Shown: piece by piece, positions 55,662 to 64,000 of the stretch
How the letters are laid out: every line of letters starts with the position of its first letter
Numbering within the stretch: position 1 is the stretch's first letter
Origin: Paramoeba atlantica
Lineage: Eukaryota; Protista; Discosea
Assembly (NCBI GenBank): GCA_977017575.1
Contig: CDRNVI010000100.1
Location: 4,543-68,542 of the forward strand
Length of the DNA: 64,000 nucleotides
Reading direction: 5' to 3'
Position numbers and translations under genes: made by a program
Notes under the pieces: generated by a model
Seen by the model: the letters and a program-made list of their open reading frames with translations, nothing else
Told to the model about the DNA's origin: nothing
Database searches by the model: none

Positions 55662-56410
55662 ATTATCCGGTTACATTATGCATTATCAGGTTACATTATG
55701 CGTTATCAGGTTACATTATGCATTATCAGGTTACATTATGCGTTATCAGGTTACATTATGCGTTATGAGGTTACATTATGCGTTATGAGGTTACATTATG
55801 CGTTATCGGGTTACATTATGCATTATCAGGTTACATTATGCGTTATCAGGTTACATTATGCGTTATGAGGTTACATTATGCGTTATCGGGTTACATTATG
55901 CATTATCAGGTTACATTATGCATTATCAGGTTACATTATGCGTTATCAGGTTACATTATGCGTTATCAAGGGTACAATATGCGTTATGAGGTTACATTAT
56001 GCGTTATCGGGTTACATTATGCATTATCAGGTTACATTATGCGTTATCAGGTTACATTATGCGTTATGAGGTTACATTATGCGTTATCAGGTTACATTAT
56101 GCGTTATCAGGTTACATTATGCGTTATCAGGTTACATTATGCGTTATGAGGTTACATTATGCGTTATCGGGTTACATTATGCGTTATCGGGTTACATTAT
56201 GCATTATCAGGTTACATTATGCATTATAAGGGTGCGAGTTACTATGCGTTATAAGGGTGCAAGTTTTATGCATTATCAAGGGTACAATATGCATTATCAG
56301 TGGCCCTATATGCATTATCAAGGGTACAATATGCGTTATCAAGGGTACAATATGCGTCATCAGGTTACATTATGCATTATAAGGGTGCGAGTTTTATGCG
56401 TGATAAGGGT
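55662..56410. repeat. 20-bp array (GTTACATTATGCGTTATCAG)n, ~28 clean units then variants
   Basis: Directly visible; a shorter copy lies at 61983-62250. Confidence 0.95.
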
Positions 56411-56420
56411 GCGTGTGCCC

Positions 56421-57031
56421 CTACACTAGCTTTCTCCGCAGTTGTTTTCGCAAGGTATCACTTCTTCGAACCGTGGTGCGCCCCTCAAAATGACCCATTT
56501 TTGACTAAAAATATTTTTCGGACCTAAAGGGGCATTTTTGTGTCGAAAGAATGGTATGGTTGGAGTCGCATTCTCTACCGAATACGTTCGGTAGGTATTC
56601 CATTCATGCCTACGAGTGATGTCCCACGCGCAAATGTCGGATTTAGTGCTCTGAGAGCAAAAATACGCGAAAATCACCCCATTTTTACCCGAAATTCGGC
56701 TATTTTTTAATAGTTCACGTTTTGAAATTTAGCCGAGGGGCGGCTATATATTTGCCTGCTGGCCCTTCAGGGCACATAATTTTCTCAAATTATGATGTAG
56801 TATTCTCTAATTGCATGGAGGGGGGTGTTTACTCGTTTGTTATATTCTTGTTAGGTTGTTATTTTGTTACGTTTTAAGTTTTGTGCTATAATCTTTCCGT
56901 TTTCCAGGCCAAATTTTCTTTTTTAGGCTCTTCGTTAAACGCGGCGGTAGTTTTCAACTCGGAGAGCGTAGCATGAGTGACTTCTAAGTTGAAAACAACC
57001 ACCGCGTTTAACGAAGAGCCTAAAAAAGAAA
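56421..57031 (+). mobile_element. Partial Helitron2-like copy with a ~180-bp internal insertion
   Basis: Reverse complement of 63404-63845; long hairpin at 56915-57031. Confidence 0.75.
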
Positions 57032-57384
57032 TAAATGTGCGGGAGGCGGGTCGCGCGAGCGACCCCTGATAAATGGGGGGAAGGTGGTAGTTGTTTTGGG
57101 GGAAATGAGAGGCCGAACGCACGGCCGGGCCGGCCGGGCCAATGAGCCAATAATATCTACACGTTTTTTGAAATTTGTGATTAAAAGGGAAGGATCAACA
57201 AAATTGAGAAATATGCATGTGAATGTGCTATATGCATGCGAATGTGCTATATGCATTTGAATGTGCTGTTGTGCATGTGAATGTGCTGTTATGCATGTGA
57301 ATGTGCCGCTTAGTATGCATTATCAATGTGCAGTAAATATGCATTTGTATGTGCTATACATGAGGGGCTGCGGGTGGGGATTCG

Positions 57385-57500
57385 GTACGGTCTCGGCGCG
57401 GTCTCGGCGCGGTCTCGGTGCGGTCTCGGTGCGGTCTCGGCGCGGTCTCGGTGCGGTCTCGGCGCGGTCTCGGTGCGGTCTCGGTGCGGTCTCGGTGCGG
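57385..57500. repeat. 11-bp array (GTCTCGG(C/T)GCG)n, ~10 units
   Basis: Directly visible. Confidence 0.9.
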
Positions 57501-57717
57501 CGTACGCACTTATCTCAGTGCAAGAACAGAAAGTGTGAAATGGGTGGGGGGTGGGGGAAGGGGCGTAGAAGGCGAAGGCGAGGCTACATGAATCCGGACA
57601 TTGTTGGAGAGGAAATCTCAATGAAATTTACGTTTATTAACAAATCTGTACGGTTACAGATACACTTAACTACAAATTTATCACGAACCTTGAACGTAAA
57701 TATTTTTCTTTTTGGTG

Positions 57718-59695
57718 TCCAATCCAATCCAATCCAAAAAGGCCGATATAAATCGGCTAGAAACACTACCGTTTTGTATTTCGTGAGGACACTTTTCTCT
57801 TAGGTGAATCCTCCCTCTCAACACCCACCGTTTCATGTAGCACCCTTGGTCCTTCATGATCTTTATTTTCTCCAACACCATGCCCCCCCAGTAATAAGTC
57901 CTCACTCTCTTCGGATGATTTCACTCCGGAATCTCTAGGAAGTAATACACCTTTTTTGTGGATAGGTTCCCCCCCAGTATTTGACATCTTGCGTTTGTTA
58001 GCAATATTCTTACCGTTACTCTTGGGATTATAAATTTCTCGCATTTGTGAAGGGTTTACGAGCTCCGTGGTATGGCCATTCAATGTCTTTTTCCTCTTTG
58101 TTTCCGGAGAGGATGTCGCAAGTTTGCGAGAGCCAGCAAGTGCTAGCGCATCGGCTTTCTCGTTATGGACATTTCCATTGTGTGACTTTACCTTATCTAC
58201 ACAACATATAATATTTTTAGATTGTAGAGAACGGACCTGTAAATCTATGTCTTCTAGCAACTTTCCGTTTGGCACACTGCCATACCCAATCACACGACGT
58301 CTGAGACGCATGTGGTGAAAAAAGTTCCAAACGTAGAATGAATCCGTATGTATCATGATGGCATCAATTCCTGGTGGGATTCTCTTGATCGCCTCATAAA
58401 AGGCTTCTGCTTCAGCTATCTCGGCCGAAGGAGCCTCAAGTCGTAATGATATAAACTTGTCTTGTGTCCACTTTTGTCGGATTACTAGGCCCGCTCCGCT
58501 TCTGCATTCTTGTTTAGTTTTAAGTAAGCGGACAGACCCATCGATGTAAATGTGTACCTCTTTATCTTTGATGGGAAATGGTTCACTATCTTCTTCCAAA
58601 AACTGTAAATCATACAAGCTTTCTTTTTCGATCGCGTCTTTGTAAAGGCTTTTCCATTTTGATGTTTTAACGCGAACGTAATCAGGGAGTGGTTCTAATA
58701 TTTGGTGTAAATTTTCACAGAGTTTTTTCCAATGAATGCGGTCTTGAGAGTACACCAGAGCTTCCTCAAAGTTTATCCCCAGATCTCTGATGCATGATTC
58801 AGCTGGTGACATGGAGCGCGACGTTTCCTTGCTTTTCCATTGTATAAGTTCTCTAAACATCGAGGAGTGTCGAAGAATATGTCCTACAACTGACATATAT
58901 GCGACTGACACGGTGTATTGTTGAAAAGCGCGGTGTACCACAATAAAGAGATTCCAATGGGTAGCAGTGACCAAATTCATCCAGCTTTGCACATTGGCAC
59001 GCGAATCTACGCATCATGTTTATTTCGACCTCAATAGAGCGAATCATGGCATTAGGAATTGTTATTGAAGCTGCTCCAAATGTGAGTATGGGGTAAACGA
59101 GACAATTGAACAAGCGTAGTTTCGTCTCTGCGTTCAATGGTGAATCCCAAATTCCTCGTAGTTTGCGGAACGCTGCCCACGTTAGTCGTAATCTATCTTT
59201 CACGGATGAGGAAGAATCGGCAGCGTCCTGCATGTTCCCAAGATACCGGTATTTATCGACATACGGGATTTTCCCAAAAGAAATAGTACGAAGATCGCGA
59301 GTTCCGCCAGGAATTTTTCCGAATGCCAACCAAGCAGTCTTAGTCTGACCAACGGCAATGTGTAGATTAGCCTGTTTTGCCTCATTTGCTGTTGATTCAA
59401 TCATTTGAGAAAGTTCACGCTTTGTGGAAGCTATCAGGGCAATATCGTCAGCGTAATTAATGTCCCGCAACCTTACTTCCTTGATCCCCCTACTTTTGGT
59501 TCCGCTGGAAGAACAATGCCTAAGGGTTTGTTGTCTAAGGCTCTATATAGAATACGGTCTACAACAAGGACGAAAAGATACGGAGCTAAAACATCACCCT
59601 GGAGAATTCCAGTTTCGATCGGAAAAGGATCCGTGTTCCCATGCGGGGTCCGAACAATTCCCATCAATCCAGTATACAGGGGGGGCCACTAAAAC
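57718..59695 (-). mobile_element. 5'-truncated RTE-like LINE with C-terminal RNase H and a (TTGGA)4 tail; two frameshifts
   Basis: GILQGDVLAPYLF, NYADDI, YRYLG, RLRLTWAAFRKLRGIW, QDRIHWKKL; RNase H IYIDGS..AEAEA..HTDS..VKSHNGNVHNEKADALA; tail at 57718-57737. Confidence 0.85.
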
Positions 59696-59711
59696 TGACT
59701 AGCTTCGCATT

Positions 59712-60570
59712 TTAGCCTCGTTCTGCCGGTAAATCCCCTACTGATGTGGCATATCTCTTAAAAATCGTAGTTGCCACAGGACTATCCAATGCTTGATATC
59801 TTTCAGACGGGCTTGAAAGTACTGAACCTAAAGTGTTTATAACTGTGTCCGGTATAAATTGTCCAGGTTGTGTCCACTGATTGTCTTGCGTCCGATCTTT
59901 TAACTGGGGTCGCGTGTAAGTTTCACTTTCGCGCGACATAGGGTATTCCCCCTTTCTTTGCAGTTTCTTTTTCTTAGATGGCGGAGGGCAACGGTACAGA
60001 GTTTTTTCAGGTACGTATTTTTCATTGCCTTCCTTCTGCGTCATAAGTTTCACGAATTTCGAAACGTCGGCGTTGGGTCGCAAGTTTTCCAAGTAGCTAA
60101 AGCCTCCATCACTTCTTTCAGGGAGTAACCAAAGTTGACTCACACTTTTTACCCTTGAGAGGGCCACGTACACCGAGGCATGACATAACATCTTGCTGTG
60201 ATAGCATGTTGGTCTGCGGTTCAAGTCTATGCAGACATTTTCTGTAAGAGTAGCTCCCTGTACTTTGTGAATGGTGTAAGAGAAGCCGCACCCAATTTCA
60301 AGCTCATCATCAATATCACTTTTTCGAAATTCAGCCGAAAGATTTCCGTCTACTGTTGAGGCTGAGATGCCAGCTATTGAGAAGGCTGTGCAATCCAAAA
60401 TTTTACCAGGCCTTCCATTTTCTTTAATGTATGAGCTTAATTCTTCTTTGGTCTTCTCGTTTTTTACAATGATTTCATCTTCAATCATTAGCGTACCATT
60501 CACTAGTCGCCTCTGCGGGCATAGGTTGACTAGGCACATCACGGGTTTCCCAGGAACAGAAAGGCCAGCT
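59712..60570 (-). pseudogene. Helitron-type PIF1 helicase C-terminal fragment
   Basis: GKPVMCLVNL..LVNG, YTIHKVQGATL, YVALSRVKS; the ORF N-terminus upstream is repeat-derived. Confidence 0.8.
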
Positions 60571-61260
60571 GGCCACTTTTCGACGAAGCACAAACCGTGT
60601 TTTTGGTGGCCAGCTGGCCACCCTTCCACAACATGGCCAGCTGGCCACCCTTCCACAAATTGGCTACTTCTAAAACATGGTCACTTCCACAACATGGCCC
60701 CTTCCACAACATGGCCCCTTCCAAAACATGGTCACTTCCACAACATGGCCAGCTGGCCACTCTTCCACAACACTCTCCCACCCCCGTGGGACTCACTCAG
60801 TGGACTCACTCAACGTGAGTCACTGCCCCACGTGGCAGTGCTCTGACTATCTCACGTGCCACTGTAGGTACAGTGCCGATGCAGTCACTACCTTACGTGG
60901 CAGTACTCTCACTCTCTCACGTGCTACTGCAGCTGCACTGCATCACTGCAGTCACTGCCTCACGTGGCATTGCCTCTCACTCTGCCACTGTATCTACACT
61001 GCAGTCACTGCCTCACGTGGCAGTACTCTCACTCTCTCACGTGCTACTGCAGCTACACTGCAGTCACTGCCTCACGTGGCACTACTCTTACTCTCGCACG
61101 TGCCACTGCAGCTACACTGCAGTCACTGCCTCACGTGGCACTGCTCTCACTCTCTCAAGGGCCACTGTAGCTACACACTGTACCACTCGGACCTGCACAT
61201 TATTTTTCTCTCTATATATACACAAAATGCAAACCGTGTTTTTGGTGGCCAGCTGGCCAC
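60560..61260. repeat. Composite repeat block: TTCCACAACATGGCC units and ~59-bp CAGTCACTGCCTCACGTGGC units, with AAACCGTGTTTTTGGTGGCCAGCTGGCCAC direct repeats near both ends
   Basis: Direct repeats at ~60592 and ~61231; internal tandem units visible. Confidence 0.8.
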
Positions 61261-61351
61261 TTTTTTCAAGAAAAAAAAATCTGAAAAAAAAAATCGTTCC
61301 CAATTTGTTTTCTTCGCGATTTTGAGCATATAAATTTTTTTGTTCAAAAAT

Positions 61352-61423
61352 GTCGATGCCGGGAATCGAACCGCGGACATCCAGCGTCAAAATGGAACCC
61401 CTTTACCAACTGGACTACTCAAA
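61352..61423 (-). pseudogene. tRNA-like sequence (Pol III A and B boxes), degenerate
   Basis: TAGTCCAGTTGG A-box and GGTTCGATTCC B-box followed by a T5 terminator; acceptor and T stems do not pair properly. Confidence 0.45.
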
Positions 61424-61789
61424 GGACTATCCTTAGTCAACCAGTTTGTCGTATCGCAGACCTTTGCAGACGCACTTTTTTTTACCAAAAGTGTTCTACA
61501 ATTTGGGAAATGAGGTCGTTGTAGATGATTTTTCGAGTATTAAAGAGTTCATCTAATGAGCTACTGCTACGTTTTAAAATTTTGAAAAAACTCGATCTCT
61601 CGCTTCTTTGAGGGGCATTTTCAAGTTTTGGAATTAACCTTAGTAAGCGAGTTAGAGATACTCCGTATCTCCCTCAATAAGGGTGCATTATGACAGATAA
61701 GGGTGCTGTATGACAGATAAGGGTGCGAGTTTCTATGACAGATAAGGGTGCCGCGTTTATGACAGATAAGGGTGCGAGTGGGCCCCCCT

Positions 61790-61982
61790 GGACCCCCCCA
61801 TGGACCCCCCCCCCATGGACCCCCCATTTTTTTCATTTTTTTTTCAGTTTTGGTCCACCGGAGCCCCCTTTTATATTTTTTTCTTCTATTATATTACTGT
61901 GTTCCTCTTTATATTTTCACTGTTTTTGTTCACTTTTTTTTCAATAATCGAGTGTAGAGCGGTAGTTTTACAACCACCGCAA
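61790..61982 (-). mobile_element. Helitron2-like terminal fragment abutting the 20-bp array at 61983-62250
   Basis: GCGGTAGTTTTACAACCACCGCAA|TTATCCGG junction. Confidence 0.75.
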
Positions 61983-62573
61983 TTATCCGGTTACATTATG
62001 CATTATCAGGTTACATTATGCGTTGTCGGGTTACTTTATGCGTTATCAGGTTACATTATACATTATCAGGTTACATTATGCATTATAAGGGTGCGAGTTT
62101 TATGTGTTATTAAGGGTACAATATGCATTATCAGTGGCCCTATATGCATTATCAAGGGTACAATATGCGTTATCAAGGGTACAATATGCGTCATCAGGTT
62201 ACACATTATGCATTATAAGGGTGCGAGTTTTATGCGTTATAAGGGTGCGTGCGCCTGGAAGCAATTTGCGAAGCCGTATTTAGTAGTTTACCCCCCTATA
62301 ACACCTCCCCGTTCTCTTTTTTTTTCATGCATTTTTGGGTAACTTGTACATTTTATGGCTACTTTCGAAAACCCAGTTTTCGCGTACAATTTGTGGTAAC
62401 TTGTACAATTTATGGTAACTTTCCCCCCTTTTTTATCAACTTTATATTTTTTTTGGAGATGGAAGTGGTGGAAGCAACGCATTTTCGTTCAACAAACGTA
62501 ATGCGCATTGCGAGCGTCGTACGCTCCGAGTTGAGGTAACTCAGCCTGTGGTTCCCCACGGTGGAAGTCAACG

Positions 62574-62808
62574 AATATTGCATAAGTAAAGGAATAATGC
62601 ATAAGTAAAGGAATAATGCATAAGTAAAGGAATATTGCATAAGTAAAGGAATAATGCATAAGTAAAGGAATAATGCATAAGTAAAGGAATAATGCATAAG
62701 TAAAGGAATAATGCATAAGTAAAGGAATATTGCATAAGTAAAGGAATATTGCATAAGTAAAGGAATATTGCATAAGTAAAGGAATATTGCATAAGTAAAG
62801 GAATATTG
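62574..62808. repeat. 19-bp array (GCATAAGTAAAGGAATAAT)n; second block at 63285-63403
   Basis: Directly visible. Confidence 0.95.
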
Positions 62809-63403
62809 CTTTTTGCTTTATCGGATGTCGCAAAGTGATGTAAACTGGAGCTGTGAAGGCTGCGATCATTTCGAATGCGTTAACAATATATCATGTAGTT
62901 GTGGGGTATGGAGGCCTCTCGCAACTCCGGGGCCTTACCGGGAGCAAAGGTGAGTTTAATAGCCGGTTGATGTCGCAGACGGGTAAACAAGGTCTGGGTT
63001 CATTGGCCCGGCCGGCCCCTTCGTGCGTTCGGCCTCTCATATTCCCCAAAACAACTACCACCTTCCCCCCATTTATCAGGGGTCGCTGGCGCGACCCACG
63101 CTAAATAGGGGGGGAAGGTGGTAGTTGTGGGGTATGGAGGCCTCTCGCAACTCCGGGGCCTCACCGGGAGCAAAGGTGAGTTTAATAGCCGGTTGATGTC
63201 GCAGACGGATAAACAAGATCTAGGTTCTCATTGGCCCGGCCGGCCCCTCCGTCCGTTCGGCCCTAGGACATAATCCACAAGCACAGGAATAATGCATAAG
63301 TAAAGGAATAATGCACAAGTAAAAGAATAATGCATAAGTAAAGGAATATTGCATAAGTAAAGGAATAATGCATAAGTAAAGGAAAAATGCATAAGTAAAG
63401 GAA

Positions 63404-64000
63404 TTTCTTTTTTAGGCTCTTTCGTTAAACGCGGTGGTTGCTTTCAACTTAGAAGTCACTCATGCTGCGCGCTTCGCGTTGAAAACTACCGCCGCGTTTA
63501 ACGAAGAGCCTAAAAAAGAAAATTTAGCCTGGAAAACGGAAAGATTATAGCCAAAAATAGCCGAATTTCGGGTACAAATGAGTCATTTTCGCGTATTTTT
63601 GCTCTCAGAGCACTAAATCCGACATTTGCGCGTGGGAAATCACTCGCAGGCATGAATAAAAGTCTACCGAACGTATTGGGTAGAGAATGCGACTCCAACC
63701 ATACCATTCTTTCGACACAAAAATGCCCTTTAGGTCCGAAAAATACTTTTTCACCTTTTTAGTCAAAAATGGGTCATTTTGGGGGGCGCACCACAGTTCG
63801 AAGAAGTGATACTTGCGAAAACAACTGCGTAGAAAGCTAGTGTAGGTCCCAAACTATCAAAATACAATAGGGGGAAACGATTTTGGAAAAATATTTGTTT
63901 TGTCATTTTTTTCGCCAAGTTGAAATTTTTTTTTCCGAAAAATCCGAACTTGGCGGACCCGTCCTGCGGATACGCGGGGGGTCACCCCCAGGTAGGGGGG
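63404..64000 (-). mobile_element. Helitron2-like copy running off the window end
   Basis: Colinear with 9571 to ~10190. Confidence 0.8.

Noticed and set aside
10823-60656. Fanzor/TnpB cargo in the Tc1, IS30-like or Helitron elements
   Set aside because: No ORF shows RuvC motifs with the C-terminal zinc finger expected for TnpB/Fanzor.
49679-62869. ORFs with repeating peptides (PPWTPPMD, MHYQCAICII, RLHYALSGY, QYSFTYA, SARSRCGLG)
   Set aside because: They are translations of minisatellites.
52356-63403. 19-20-bp arrays as CRISPR arrays
   Set aside because: Units are directly tandem with no unique spacers, and no cas-like ORFs are present.

Overview
Eukaryotic, intron-less, repeat-rich 64 kb. 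The 14 putative host genes are all on the + strand: an AAAP amino-acid transporter, an MhpD/FAH-like protein, ATM1/ABCB7, CCDC25, ZPR1, DENR, a cyclophilin, a short hypothetical gene, a LisH protein, a SEC12-like protein and LRR paralogues (four intact, plus a fifth that is probably frameshifted). Several are preceded by pyrimidine tracts and AG. Two copies of a kinetoplastid/diplonemid-type spliced-leader core (GATACAGTTTCTGTAC..TTG) are present. A trans-splicing euglenozoan, possibly a Perkinsela-like kinetoplastid, is therefore inferred but not proven. More than half of the window is transposon-derived: several Tc1/mariner families with TA-flanked TIRs, pogo, DDE_Tnp_4, Helitron Rep and helicase remnants, a non-autonomous Helitron2-like family, RTE-like and RLE-type LINE fragments, and many minisatellites. 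The most notable items are: (i) two intact, diverged IS30-family (DD33E) transposases in eukaryotic sequence context, sharing a 3' module and each with a 19-20 bp tandem array upstream; (ii) a 593-bp spliced-leader-headed, highly structured retroposon with a 17-bp target-site duplication confirmed by an empty site in the window, plus a diverged sibling; (iii) a relic-SL retrocopy; (iv) C-rich to G-rich strand-skew switches inside host genes; (v) a DD46E Tc1-like transposase and an in-frame Tc1-Helitron chimera. All identifications are by-eye motif recognition; no searches were run.
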